Notes under the pieces: model-generated
Told to the model about the DNA's origin: nothing
Databases searched by the model: none
Seen by the model: only the letters and a program-made list of their open reading frames with translations
Assembly: GCA_964016885.1 (NCBI GenBank)
Contig: OZ024748.1
Coordinates: 56,358,001 to 56,422,000 of the forward strand
DNA: 64,000 nucleotides
DNA from: Eledone cirrhosa
Taxonomy: Eukaryota
Reading direction: 5' to 3'
Position numbers and translations under genes: made by a program
Part shown: positions 28,684-43,040 of the stretch, in pieces
How the letters are laid out: each line of letters starts with the position of its first letter
How positions within the stretch are numbered: position 1 is the first letter of the stretch

Positions 28684-28873
28684 ATAACAGTTTCTTCTTT
28701 CAGCACACAAGGTAAACAATTACTCCAATACGTTACTGGTACTTTATTTTAATGAACCCGTAAGGATGAAAGGCAAACCTCGGTGCGATTTGAACTCACA
28801 ACGTAAAGGGTGATAACTCTATGCTGTAAAGCATGGTGTCTGACGCTCTACCGATACTGCCAATCCACCGCCC
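28684..28873 (-). mobile_element. SINE family A copy
   Basis: Full-length unit. Confidence 0.9.
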
Positions 28874-29005
28874 TAATAACGTTTACTCCTTTGAAACATT
28901 TAAATGATTGTATTGCTCTATTCTTAGACCAACATGCTCAAAATCTATGCTCAACATTATTCCAGTCGTGACAATCTTGTGATCTATTGAAATATATTAT
29001 AGCTA

Positions 29006-29066
29006 TTCAAATATATTATATTCAAATATATTATATTCAAATATATTATATTCAAATATATTATAT
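29006..29066. repeat. 15-bp tandem repeat TTCAAATATATTATA x4
   Basis: Directly visible. Confidence 0.9.
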
Positions 29067-30123
29067 TAGTTAAAAGGATTAAGAAGTGATTTGAGCCACA
29101 GATGTGGTTAATATTTCTAGTACCATGAAGAGGCACGCAGTGGATCCGTCTACTTGTTTAGCCTGTTTTAATGGCGGAGCTAAGCGGGAAGATAGTTCTA
29201 TGACTTTCTGTGTATTGAAGAACTGAAAACAAAACCAAAACCAAATAAATAAAAAAAAAAAAAGAACCCCGATAGCCTTTGGCTACGTTTCGTGTGGAAA
29301 CTGTTACTAGTGAAATCAGTGAAAATGGTGACAATGACAATAAGGGAAATGAAAAATGAAAGTGGGCTGGGGAGAGTTGTAATATTTGACTATTTGATGA
29401 ATGAATGGAAGTTGGTATTGAAGTGTTCGACAAATAAAAGAAAGATCCGAAAATAAAAGACGTCCAGCTGATCCATGATGTACTGTAATAAACCGTGCGA
29501 AAGAATTCTCTGTAAACCATCTTCAGCTTACACAAGGATATTTATTTGCCTTTTTGTTTCTTTTCTTTTTTTTGTTGTCGTCATCTTCTTCTACTCTTAA
29601 TCCCTTGTTCTCAATGACTTGTTCTCAGATCCCATATTCAGTGAGAATAAAGCAAAGAATGAAGACCGGGAAAGTGAAGAAATAATGAAAGATATATAAA
29701 TAGCTATATAAAGATAATTACCCATATCACAACTAGAAAGTTGTTGCATTGCACATTTCAAGCAAGCTGGTTCCTTTGGATTAAAAGAAGATTCCTTTTA
29801 AAACTCCGTATAGGGCATTCTCGATGAATACAGCGCATTTTCCCAACACCGTATGTTATCTAAGAAACCATACGCCTATGTTACTATTGTATTGCACAAA
29901 TACTGTTTAAAAAAAGTACCATTATGTTAGAGCAATGCTGTTAATACAATATAATACAACATTGAAGTGGTAAGGAATGCATGCCTTCATATATTAATTA
30001 CTATTGCATTAGAACTGCTAATACAATATATTTATGTCAGCATAGATAGATCTCTCTATATATCCAGCTGTCGAGCTGTGACTTTATTGTTCTGCCTCTC
30101 ATTTCCTCTCTCTCTATGAGCAA

Positions 30124-30204
<81 letters not shown>

Positions 30205-30670
30205 TATACACAAATATATATATACATACAAATATATATATATATATAGATATTTATGTGTGTGTGTATATAAATCCATATAAATATATATAAATATATA
30301 TATTATATGTATGTAATGAATGTATATATATATATGTGTGTGTGAGGTGTGGGTATGTGAAGGAATTAATGTGAGAGTGTGTAAGTATGCATATGTGACT
30401 GTATTCTATCGGCCATTGTAGTCCCTTATTTTAACAGCATAGTGAGTATAATTAAGCAATGAGGCTTGGGAAACCGTTCAAAGACTTTCTACATAGAATG
30501 TGATCATTGAAAATACCTTGAAAACATATATGTGTTAATGATATATTTCACCTAATCCCTCCTGTAAACTATAAGTCATTTCCATATCATGATTGTCTAA
30601 AGCAGAAATAAGATACAACATATATTATAAGTTTTTCGAGCTAATACACATGGTTCAATCCATGCAGTAC

Positions 30671-30767
<97 letters not shown>

Positions 30768-30998
30768 GTATATATATATATATTTCGTTTCTGAATTTGT
30801 TTAGCAAGATTCTTTATCTGAAATCGTGTGTTGAAACCGATATTGTTATACTTTGGGAGGGTCATGTTGCCAATAAGAAACACACGCACCAGTTGCTTTC
30901 ACTTCAATTTAATTTAATATATATTTTTAAATTTACAAATTTATAAATTTCTGGTTGGTTGGTTGGTTCCACAACCAGATAGTTGTTTATATATATAT

Positions 30999-31043
30999 AG
31001 TCATAGTTCTTTCGTCACACACTCTGTGACCTCTTCAGTGACT
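30999..31043 (-). ncRNA. Minimal type I hammerhead motif (left arm)
   Basis: Reverse complement of 31153-31197. Confidence 0.75.
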
Positions 31044-31152
31044 GGGGATTTCTTTCTTCGTTTCTGTGCCTTTCCTTTCTTCTATCCTACGCCAAACAAA
31101 ATGGCGTAGGATAGAAGAAAGGAAAGGCACAGAAACGAAGAAAGAAATCCCC

Positions 31153-31197
31153 AGTCACTGAAGAGGTCACAGAGTGTGTGACGAAAGAACTATGACT
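31153..31197 (+). ncRNA. Minimal type I hammerhead motif (right arm)
   Basis: AGTCA CTGAAGA G GTCACA-GAGTG-TGTGAC GAAA GAAC TA/ TGACT. Confidence 0.75.
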
Positions 31198-31356
31198 ATA
31201 TATATATAAACAACTATCTGGTTGTGGAACCAACCAACCAACCAACCAGAAATTTATAAATTTGTAAATTTATAAATATATATTAAATTAAATTGAAGTG
31301 AAAGCAACTGGTGCGTGTGTTTCTTATTGGCAACATGACCCTCCCAAAGTATAACA

Positions 31357-31392
<36 letters not shown>

Positions 31393-31399
31393 GTATATA

Positions 31400-31511
<112 letters not shown>

Positions 31512-31859
31512 TGTGTATATATATATATATACTTGGGGAGGGTCATATTTGTGTAATATTGCCAAAATTAATAACAGAACACACTCACTGTTTGGTTGGT
31601 TTTCGGTTCTGTGTCTTTTATATCGGTTATTTTAATTTATTCGGTCCTCAATGTTGCCAACGGTCAACAATACAGATACAATATATATATATATATATTC
31701 ATTTTATTTAGACTAAGTAGTAAGTTTTGTTACTCTGGAGTATTGCCTGCTTAGCACAGTTTCATCAGTCACCATGATAAGCAGGTAGCTTTAATAAAAT
31801 AAATATCTAAACTATATTTCGGAATTGGGTACTCTCTTTCCTCACGCATCAAGTACATA

Positions 31860-31899
<40 letters not shown>

Positions 31900-32200
31900 T
31901 AGCATTAAAGCCCGGCGTTGCTCGGGGTCAGTAAGTTACCAAAGTTAGGTTGCACCATCCATTTTATGGCAGAACCTTTTTGTCTGCCAGGCACTGGGGG
32001 AATGAATTGAAGACCTGGACTGCCGAAGCAGGAGCTGCGTCAACAGTGACAATTGTAGTTTCGCCTATGGATATTATCTCTGTGCAAAGAAGTGTTGAAA
32101 TTTACTGTTTCACAGTACTTGCGAAACACGCGCGTAGACGATGCCAGAAGAACAACAGAGCTGCGATGGAGTTGTTCTGCATGGTTGTCTAATGTGTGTC

Positions 32201-32373
32201 TTCTAAATTTAAGACAGTAGGGAGTGGTGTGATATGGGGGAGAGTTAGCTGCTGTTTCTAGCAGGTTTAGTGACCTCATAGAAGATATGTTTTCTAAATT
32301 TAAGACAGTAGGGAGTGGTGTGATATGGGGGAGAGTTAGCGGCTGTTTCTAGCAGGTTTAGTGACCTCATAGA
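32201..32373. repeat. Tandem direct duplication of a ~91-bp unit
   Basis: TTCTAAATTTAAGACAGTAGGGAG...GTGACCTCATAGA twice, one mismatch. Confidence 0.9.
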
Positions 32374-32556
32374 GAATATTAGTGTGTATCGTAAATTAAC
32401 TGATACTTCGTTCTTCCACGTTTGTTGATAGAGGTTTTAAAAAAGATTTTAAAAACGGTTCACGTGTGGGTCACTTTAACGGCCATAACTCATATGAGCT
32501 GGTAGTTGGCTTTATATTTGCAGACGGTCGGACTTAAGTCCTATAGAATGGAAATA

Positions 32557-32635
32557 GCTATCTGATGAAATTTACTTTCCGTTGGAAATTCTCTGAATTT
32601 CTAATCTTTTGTAAATGGAAACCGCCGGTACTAGC
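32557..32635 (+). ncRNA. Degenerate hammerhead motif
   Basis: GCTAT CTGATGA A ATTTAC...GTAAAT G GAAA CC-GCC-GG TA/ CTAGC; mismatches at the bases of helices I and II. Confidence 0.45.
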
Positions 32636-32820
32636 ACTATGAACAGGTAGATATTTAAATCATTTTTTAATTCATTTAAAGGATTGTTTAATGTTTGTTT
32701 GTTCTGCTCATCGATTTTTATAGTTCTGGTATCTCGAATTAGTACCATAGAACAACAATTATATTATGGACACCCTATATATCTCTATGGGTACTTTGTA
32801 CCCAGTGAGATATTTACCTC

Positions 32821-32917
<97 letters not shown>

Positions 32918-33031
32918 TTCAACGGTGACAATTAATTTAAATCTACTGACAACCACAGAAGGTACTTGAAATAGTTGCATCTACGCCTACGTTAGTTTCA
33001 AATTCAATGTTGAAAAATTTCGCATTTGGTA

Positions 33032-33077
<46 letters not shown>

Positions 33078-33549
33078 TACCTGATTGTCCCAACGTAAAT
33101 GACCATTATATTTTTCCTTTCTAACAGATATTAGGAATAGTGGGTAAAGTTATCCCGAAGATGGAAGAAGTGACTAGGAGTGTCGTAATAATTGCATGAT
33201 GGATGACGGCATTAAGCGAAAACTCAAAAGAATCTTTGGTCACTACTTCCGTTTGCAGGGGAAATTTGAATAATAAATAATAACACTGACCCTGCGAATT
33301 TTCCAGGATGTTCAAGAGGAAATCACATATTACGACATAGTAAATATATATCCGAGACCACTTTCAATGGAACTTTAAGAAACAGACAAGAAACAAAAGG
33401 CAAGTCTTTTTATTGTTATAATATTTGTTTAACTTAATTCTCTGAGTTGATTTCATTTTCAATTTATTGGGCATCTCTCTCTCTCCCTCTTCCCCCTCTC
33501 TTTCACTTCCCTTCTCCCTCTCTCTGTATTGCTTTTTCTCCGTCTATAT

Positions 33550-33737
33550 ATAATTGTTTCTACTTTTAGACACCAGGCCAGCAATTATCCAGTGCATTAC
33601 TGGTACTTTATTTTATCGATCCCGTAAGGATGAAAGGCAAAGTCAACCTCAGCGGGATTTGAACTCATATCGTAAAGGGACGTAATATGCTGGAAAGCAT
33701 GGCATCCGACCCTCTACCGATACTGCCAATCCACCCC
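33550..33737 (-). mobile_element. SINE family A copy
   Basis: Full-length unit. Confidence 0.9.
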
Positions 33738-34000
33738 CTTTATATCCGTCCAATCTCTGTCTATATATAATATAGCTGTGTGAGTGTATGTACATGTATA
33801 CAAATCTCCGTCTCTTTATTCAAATGTATTGCACATCCACAAACATCTCTATACACTGTTGACCTTTAAAACCTAAACCAGTTACAACAGGTCTAACGTT
33901 GAATATTTTGATATTATTTTGATTATCTCGCCATTTTCTGATAATACTTCCCTGCATATATGTGCACGTACGTGAGCAAGTGTTTATTTTATATATATAT

Positions 34001-34126
34001 ATACCTCAATTGCTTACAAAGGCCGTGTTTATTTGAGCCACGAATATCCTGGAGACAATTATACGTAGTCACACAGTAACACACACAAGCTCATTCACAC
34101 ACACACACGTACACACATACACACAG

Positions 34127-34167
<41 letters not shown>

Positions 34168-34205
34168 ACAACAACACCTGCTCACATATGTGCAGGTGTT
34201 TGTTG

Positions 34206-34267
<62 letters not shown>

Positions 34268-34397
34268 ATGTGTGTGTATGTGTGTATGTGTGTGTGTGTG
34301 TGCATGAGCTTGTGTGTGTTACTGTGTGACTACGTATAATTGTCTCCAGGATATTCGTGTCTCAAATAAACACGGCCTTTGTAAGCAATTGAGGTAT
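34001..34397. repeat. ~400-bp fold-back palindrome containing mirrored microsatellites
   Basis: ATACCTCAATTGC...GCTCAT is mirrored by ATGAGC...GCAATTGAGGTAT; then (CA)n/(TG)n, (TA)n/(TA)n and a central hairpin ATAACAACAACACCTGC...GCAGGTGTTTGTTGTTAT. Confidence 0.9.
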
Positions 34398-35289
34398 TCA
34401 GTTCGCCAAGCCAGGTCAGAACTCTATAATACACAGAAGATATTAGCTATATGTTATTATGACAAATTATATACAAGTGAAAATGCATACAGTATTCATC
34501 ATTGTAAGATAATAACACATTCGAGAAAGCAAGGAACAAAGGTTAGTCTCTAATACCATATGAGGTAAATTAATAGAAAATATATACCGTAGTACATCGT
34601 ATATACAATTGTAAAGTCCACATATCATTTTAGAATTATTAAGAATCTTGAAATAATGTATTGCACAATTGGGCTCAGATCTAAATCAGATTTATTATAT
34701 TTATCTCTAAAACACGAAACATTTTATTTTATATTTCATCGGCAATTGCTTGCTAACTTTAATTAATTTCTATCAAATTTCTCTCGAGAGAAATATAGCT
34801 TCTGAGATAATTCAGTGTTACACTGTGATATCCATTCTTATAGCTCATTTTTCCTCGGAGGGAGCGATGGCGTTCTAGCATTCGATAATAAAACACTTCT
34901 TTTATTTTCGACTTCCAATATTTATTCATTTGTTTAATTTTATTTCTTCATTTTTTATTCATTTATTTTATTCCAATATAAGGTTAGCTGGAGATATCGC
35001 ACGCATTGTGTCAAGTTAATTATTTCCAAGTGCAAAATAATAACAGATAACATTTCTCGATGAAAACACACTAATGACTATCTGGATGTTGTGTGTGAAA
35101 CTATACACTATATGGGCACATTCTATATACAGACGCATCCAAACTACGCTTAGTTCCCCTATATATTAATCCATTTACACACAGAGTGATGTAACTATCT
35201 ATCTATCTATCTATATATATCTATAAATCTATCTATCCATGCATCCATCTATCTATTTACCTACCTAACTATTTTTTCAGCAAGCTATT

Positions 35290-35399
<110 letters not shown>

Positions 35400-35453
35400 A
35401 TCTATCTGTCTCTCTCTCTCTCTCTCTCTCTCTAGCTGTCTCTCTCTCTCTCC

Positions 35454-35484
<31 letters not shown>

Positions 35485-35607
35485 TTATATCTGTGAATGT
35501 TTCCCTGTTCCAATAAATCAATAAAAGTTCTTAATCAATACAATGTACATTTATTTTAGTATTACTTACGTATTTAGAGAGTTATGTATAGATAACTACC
35601 TACCCAC

Positions 35608-35663
<56 letters not shown>

Positions 35664-36096
35664 GTATATGTATATGTGTGTGTGTGTGTGGGGGGGGATG
35701 TATGGGTTTGTGTGTGTGTGTGTGTGGGGGGGGGTTATTGAATATTGAATCAGAGGATAAAGAGTAAGGAAAGTTGTAGAGAAAAGGGAAGAAAAGACAG
35801 AGAGAACGAATAACAAGAGAGAAAAAATTGTTTGCTTAACATTATACTATTCAGAATTTCGTTTTTAAAGCAATTAACGAAACCTGATACATACCTGGCA
35901 GAAGTATTTGGGCCTAGAGTGGCTTTTACGATCGATTCTTCAGATATCTTCCTATAAATTGATCGCCAACAATCGACAAAAGAGAGAAGTAAGGAGGCAT
36001 TTCAAGCTGATAAAATATATTAGGCGATTAACGAGACATCAGCCTAGAGAGGGCAAAAGGAACATGGCTTTCTATCTTAAAACAACCATAGAATGC

Positions 36097-36168
<72 letters not shown>

Positions 36169-36296
36169 GTTTGTATATATGTATATATCTATATCTGCAC
36201 TCACACACACATATCTCAATCTATATTTCTATTATTCTGTCTCTCTCTCACTCTCTCTCTATCTCTGTGTATATGTGTGTTTGTGCAGGTGTGTGC

Positions 36297-36332
<36 letters not shown>

Positions 36333-36358
36333 ATGTGTGTGTGTGTATGTGTGTGTGT

Positions 36359-36453
<95 letters not shown>

Positions 36454-37194
36454 TGTGTGTGTTTGTGTGCATATTTTACAATCCGCTTGCTATAAGGCTG
36501 GCAAATTATAAGCTTAAGGATTGTATGACAGACTATAAGAGATACAGCAGCAATTATCTGATCTACAAGAACAAAAGCAGTAAGAAGAAAGCAATAAGGA
36601 AATTAAAATAACTTCAAAAGTATTCAAAACAACATCTAAACATTGGTTACAATAAAGGTAAAAACAAAAAATGCATATAGGAATTACGACAACGACAGCA
36701 ATAACAACTGTACCATTATGAAACCTAAAACAAAACATATTTTAAAAAATACTAAACCCATCATTAATTAGATCAACGAAGACATGAGGAGGAAGATGAA
36801 CAATAAGAACTATTAAAGTGGAACAATTCATAGGATAACTATCGTGGAGATAATGACATGAAGTACAATAACATCTGTTGGAGGATATAGGATATAAGGA
36901 AAACAACAGTAACAATGATAAAGGCAAAAACAACAGTGAAAAATATCAAACAAGCGGAACCATAACCACCATAACTACAAGTAGACTTGAGACTTTAAAA
37001 AAATATGAAACATAAAAAGTAAGAAAGATATCAGCAACAGCAACAACAAGCTCTAATAATGAAAGCATTGATTGGTCCAATTAGAAAGAAACAATACATG
37101 ATTCATATCAAATAATCACGTACCTATGTAACATCTATGTATAAATGTTGTTTTTTAACCAGAATGTATACATCCACTTATCTATCAATCTTCC

Positions 37195-37294
<100 letters not shown>

Positions 37295-37333
37295 CATACA
37301 CACATATACATACATATACATACATATATATAC

Positions 37334-37368
<35 letters not shown>

Positions 37369-37535
37369 CATACATATACATACATATATATATATACATA
37401 CATATACATACATACACACACTCCCAAACACACACACATTTATATATACATATATATATATACATTTTTTTTTATATTTATGCACTTGTACAGACAGATA
37501 TACCCACACGTACCACAACACATAGGCACTCAAAT

Positions 37536-37623
<88 letters not shown>

Positions 37624-38199
37624 CGTGTGTTCGTGTGTGAGGGGTGGGGGGTTGTATGTGGGTGTGTGTATGTGTCTATGTATATGTGTGTGTTTATCTG
37701 TCTCTTTGTAGAATGGTAATAATATCGATATTTCGACAAGATTGTCTTTTTAATTCGACTCTTTGAAATTATATTCACTTTAGTAATAACCGTTCACATC
37801 TTCCAGGATTTCATGTTCTGTATCCTAGTAATATTTTTCTACATTTCTATATATACAACGAGTTTTCCAGTAAATTCTTTCAACCCGGATTAAGTAGAAA
37901 GTTACACAGAAATTTACAAGGCAGAATTAGTTAGCTCTGTGGCCATAGACGATGTTTTAATTTAGTTGCAAACATCTGACATTCAGGATAACAGGTTGTC
38001 CTAGAACCTCAATGATTTGGGGAAATAACTTGAGAATTTGGGTTCTATTTTCACAATATACCATTTTCAAGCACAGTATAATACTTTCACAATGCTCCAT
38101 ATCTTTGGCAATAAAAGTAGAAATCTGGAGAGGACCGGAGTGAATTATATCGTTTCTCAGGCTATAAGAACAATGACATTTCCTCATCTATTGTTAAGG

Positions 38200-38520
38200 A
38201 TTAGATATTAAAAGCTGGGGATATGGCACTTCTTTGTACCAAACATTCACAATTGTATTAATTTTAGATTTAAACTTATCTAAATTTTTCGTATTGATGT
38301 CGAGTTATAGTGGGATTGTTTCCAACATAATAAAAGTTAAGTAGTGTACTAACAATTTTATGACTTAAAATATGGTTGATGTCCTTATTTGCTAATAATA
38401 TACATGTGATCTTCAAAATACTGTCTCTTGTAGATAGTTATAATAGCTTCAAATAAGATTTGGAATTATTAATTAAGTTCCAAAGGTAGATATTGCTAGC
38501 CAATTTAGTACAATGCCATA
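38200..38520 (-). pseudogene. Possible highly decayed LINE reverse transcriptase fragment
   Basis: Minus strand gives QRSAISPAFNI (cf. QG..LSP.LFNI) downstream of a weak KA..S....IL.I-like stretch. Motif resemblance only. Confidence 0.3.
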
Positions 38521-38708
38521 AATATGATTTTCTACTATAGGCACAAGGCCTGCAATTTGGAGAGATGGGAAATTTGATTAAATTTACCCCAGTGCATTAC
38601 TGGTGATTTACTTCATCGACTCCGTAAGGATGTGAAAGGCAACGCTAACCTCCGTGGGATACGAACTAAGAACGCAAAGGGTCATAACTCAATGGTGCGA
38701 AGCATGGA
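38521..38708 (-). mobile_element. SINE family A copy (long variant, 5'-truncated, diverged)
   Basis: Core and tail match family A. Confidence 0.8.
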
Positions 38709-38821
38709 TATAAGGAAATTTTATATTGTTTAAGACATATGATATAGCTCCACGTTGCATGATACTTGTACGTTAACTTATGATTTTATTTCAGAGATTT
38801 TTATGATACACATATATTAGA

Positions 38822-39000
38822 TAATTGTTTCTACTTTTGACACAAGGCCAGCGAATACCCAGTACATTACTGGTACTTTATTTTATCGACCCCGTAAGGA
38901 TGAAAGGCAAAGTTAACCTCGGCGGGATTAGAACTCAGATCGTAAAGGCACGTAACTCTAGGCTTCAAAGCATGGCGTCTGACCCTCTACCGATACTGCC
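38822..39000 (-). mobile_element. SINE family A copy
   Basis: Near full-length; first of a tandem pair. Confidence 0.9.
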
Positions 39001-39016
39001 CTACACATATATTAGA

Positions 39017-39195
39017 TAATTGTTTCTACATTAGGCACAAGGCCAGCAATTAACCAGTGCATTACTGGTACTTTATTTTATCGACCCCGTAATGATGAAA
39101 AGCAAAGTCAACCTCGGCGGGATTAGAACTCAGATCGTAAAGGGACGTAACTATGCTGGAAAGCATGGCGTCCGACCCTCTACCGATATTGACAA
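39017..39195 (-). mobile_element. SINE family A copy
   Basis: Second of the tandem pair; ATATTAGATAAT occurs before, between and after the two copies. Confidence 0.9.
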
Positions 39196-40309
39196 TATTA
39201 GATAATGGAACCATAAATGTTTTTCATATGTACGCCCTTCGTAAAATCATTATATGTTAAATGTGACACTATAATAAGGAACCTAATCATTTTGTAAATA
39301 ATTCGTTTGCTGAATTACCTTGTTTGCTAGCCATAATTATTTGTTACATTAATATATAAAAGCTAAAAAATAAATGAATTAATTTGTTATATTAGTTACA
39401 CGTTACTCCATTTACTTTACTTATCATCTTGTAGTTTATAGCTTCTTCACTGTCTGCTTGTATGTGATAGCAAATGGAGATAGCAGACAACTAAATAACA
39501 TGTCTTGAAAGATGTGACGGTAAGTATATTCTGGGTGTGTTTGAGCAAGCAAATATATTACTAAATACATATACACTATTATGTGGTCTAACATAAAATG
39601 TCCTCCTTTTTAAGACAATAGTTTGTGAAATATGGCATCAAATTGATTGGCCATATACACATATGTTCATTAAATGTGTATAGATTCACCAATGTCATAG
39701 GTTTGCTCTTCTTACGTAGGATATGCATAAATATATTTCATGTTGCTTCTATTCATATGCTATGTCATTGCACATACCATGTGGTGCTAAACGATTAAAA
39801 AAAACTGTATGCGATTTACTTTGATTATCACTAATGTAATTCCAATTAAATCGAATTTGATATGTCTGATCTCTGATACGACAGAATTGACTCCTCTCGC
39901 TTCTTTTGTATTATGGATATTTTTCGAATCAATCGCACAAAGAAACCAAATGTCTGCCATTCACCAAAGCAACAATGATCCCCTTTTTAAAATTGTTATT
40001 TTAGAAACCAAGAGATTATAAATGTATCTCATATGAAAGAAACAAACAGCAAATCTACACAGATCAAAAACATGGTTACAAAAAAAAATCTGTAGATACC
40101 AAAATAACTTACAAATTCTCTTTCATCCTATCATAATATAGGTTCTTATGTAACACGCTCCTAACTCTCGGTGTAAGAAGAAAAACAAGCATTAAATCTC
40201 CAGGCAAAATTTGCATAATTTATCGATGTATTGATGCACACAAATATACACACAAATACACATACATACGCACACAAACACACACCCTATCTCTTTTTGC
40301 ATTTCCCCG

Positions 40310-40340
<31 letters not shown>

Positions 40341-40720
40341 ATCTCTAATTGACATACACACACAACCGCACTCACAGACATACACACCCATACACACATA
40401 CATACATATATATATCTACAGTGAGAGAGAAAGAGAGAGTGAGAAAGAAAAAGACAAATATATATATATAGAGAGAGAGAAAGATAAGTGGAGAATGAGA
40501 CCTGAATTAGGCTGTAAAATGGATACTGCGAAAATGTAGAATTGGTGACTATGAACATGAAAAAATTCTTTATAAATTTAAGTGAAGAAATACAGTAAAA
40601 TAAAGGTATATTTAATATAATTATCTGTCTATTTGCGTTGGTTGCTTATCATATTATTGCATTTTCTAAAGAAAACGGAATAAGAGTTAAGAATATAGTG
40701 ATGTACAAATACACACATAA

Positions 40721-40766
<46 letters not shown>

Positions 40767-40797
40767 AGATCAAAAGATGGTTAAAGGAGTTCCATGT

Positions 40798-40866
40798 ATT
40801 TTATTATGCGCATTTCAAAAACAAACATCATCATGCAATAATATTTGTGTTTTCATCAGATAAAAC
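40798..40866 (-). ncRNA. Minimal type I hammerhead motif
   Basis: Minus strand reads GTTTTAT CTGATGA AAACACAAATATTAT-TGCATG-ATGATGTTTGTTTTT GAAA TGCGCA TA/ ATAAAAT. Palindromic helix III; about 35 nt from (TA)n. Confidence 0.75.
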
Positions 40867-41037
40867 AGGAGAACATGATATGAAGGCTAAAAAACACTTG
40901 TGGATAGTGCAGTTTTAAATCAACATTATATTATATTAATCAATCTTATATTATGTATACTCCAGTCCTACAAACTGTAGAGTGCTTCTTATCCGTAATC
41001 TGCATTGCTTTATTGTACTACAATAAAACTCACCTCC

Positions 41038-41079
<42 letters not shown>

Positions 41080-41083
41080 TATA

Positions 41084-41144
<61 letters not shown>

Positions 41145-41571
41145 GCGTATAAACAAGTGTGCTAGCACACGCAGTCTACGATTTAGATGTATCTGTATAC
41201 AATCGGAGTGGGTATCCGATAATGCACCAAGCATGCTAGCAAAACACGGATTTACTTCTAAATTGAGAAAATGATAAAAACCTCTATTCGATTTGGGGAC
41301 CTGATTGAGCCCTTATAAGGAGGCGCCAATATCATCCAAATAACCACAGGAAAACACGCATTTGATGGGCAACTGATGGGCTTATATCCCTATTCTCTCT
41401 TGAAATGGACGTACTAATGAGCACATAATACACATATACACACACATGTATATACTAACATACATACATACATTTATATATATATATATGATTTACCCAT
41501 CTGCATTGTTGAGGGTAACAAAACAAACAATTTTATTATTCCACAATGCTTCAAGCACACTTCAACACTCT

Positions 41572-41639
<68 letters not shown>

Positions 41640-41817
41640 ATATTAATCTGAATAAACTAAAGTATGTGTATACCTGTATGAGTTTCTTTGTGTGTATGCA
41701 GATATGGGTGTTAATGCTTGAGTATATCTATATATTTTTTGCTATATGTACACTCGTGCATAGGTTTCTGTGCCGATACATGTGTATATGCAGTTATTAA
41801 ATGTTGAAATTGAAATG

Positions 41818-42060
41818 TTACATATATTTACTGTTGGACTGTACTTGCAACTTCCTAACTAGCCCTCTGTTTTCTGCTTCTGTGAAACCTTCTTTCGCTG
41901 GATTTGTAATAATAACAGCAATACATCCCTGAAAAGCAAATATCACATGTACAAATGTAAAAGAACAATCAAGATGAAGTATCTGCAGATTCCTCATTAT
42001 TTCAGCATAAATGTTCTGGATTTCGTGAATCTTTAGTTTTATATTGACGTCTACTCGGCA
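41818..42060 (-). pseudogene. Possible decayed Penelope-like GIY-YIG endonuclease C-terminus
   Basis: LKIHEIQNI...ILHLDCS...VIFAF...EAENRGLVRKLQVQSN loosely follows the PLE pattern R..H...I....SEH...C...F.IFPF...E...I......LN. Confidence 0.3.
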
Positions 42061-42313
42061 GCTGACTTCCACTACTGTACAAGCCCTTTTTCTCTGTATC
42101 ACATCACTAAGGCTGGTGGCTTATGTTAGCAGTTTATTGCAGCATTGAGTGGAACACTCCTCCCATACTCTGTTATATATGTGTGCATATGCCCTCCACA
42201 ACTCAGTACCTGTGTAAGCGTTTATTCTGAGGGCTATCCTTTCTATGTATCGTATTGTATAATGTTTTGGCTACTACATCATGCCTCATGTATGTATGTA
42301 TGTATGTAAATAT

Positions 42314-42930
42314 GTCGGGTCACACTTAAGTGCTACTGGTAACATGTAACCCAGTACAACCTGTCGCATGGTCTGGTCGTCGGGGACTAAACCGGCAACA
42401 CCACCAAGATTACTTCGTGAGAAGGGTGATTTTGGACACCCTGCAGGACAAAAAACAAAAGCTGACAAAGGGGGGAAGAACTCATAAGAGTCAACGGGTA
42501 TCCAAAAAGGTGTAAATATGTATATACACATGTGCATCTGTATGTATATGTATGTATGTATATGCATGTGTCCATGTATATGTATATGCGCGGGTACATA
42601 AAAATAGTCGGGCTGGATACCCGATCGCGCGGTTAAACCACTGGCAGTGTAGGACCCCTAGCCTTTGTCAGGGCATTCTTCTAGGAGAAGGCAACTCAGG
42701 AAACTGGGATAACTCCGATAAAAAACCTGCGGCTGAGCAGTTGCCAATGATGTTGATATTTCCGGGTTATAGCTACTGTCGCTCAGAGAGTGGGATTGGG
42801 TTAGTGCACAGTCCTTGATAGTTTTTAAAAAAATCTTCACACACAGGGATTGCACGATAGAATTAATTGATAACTATTGATAATGTAATATCGTGCAATG
42901 GCCATACTCGATAACGATGGGGCAGTCATC
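42314..42930 (+). mobile_element. ~600-bp repeat unit 1 bounded by (TATG)n
   Basis: Shares GCTACTGGTAACATGTA, GACTAAAC.GGCAAC, CCTGCAGGAC, CCTAGCCTTTGTCA.GGCA, GAGAGTGGGA and the 3' end TGGCC.TACTCGA.AACGA with unit 2. Confidence 0.75.
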
Positions 42931-42989
42931 ATGTATGTATGTATGTATGTATGTATGTATGTATGTATGTATGTATGTATGTATGTATG

Positions 42990-43023
<34 letters not shown>

Positions 43024-43040
43024 TGTATGTATGTATGTAT

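Larger units (their letters stand above)
30783..31360. mobile_element. Fold-back hammerhead element: ~255-bp arms (30840-31094 / 31102-31360), 7-nt spacer, between (TA)n tracts
   Basis: Arms differ by one GGTT unit (4 versus 5) and one substitution; each carries a hammerhead. Confidence 0.9.
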
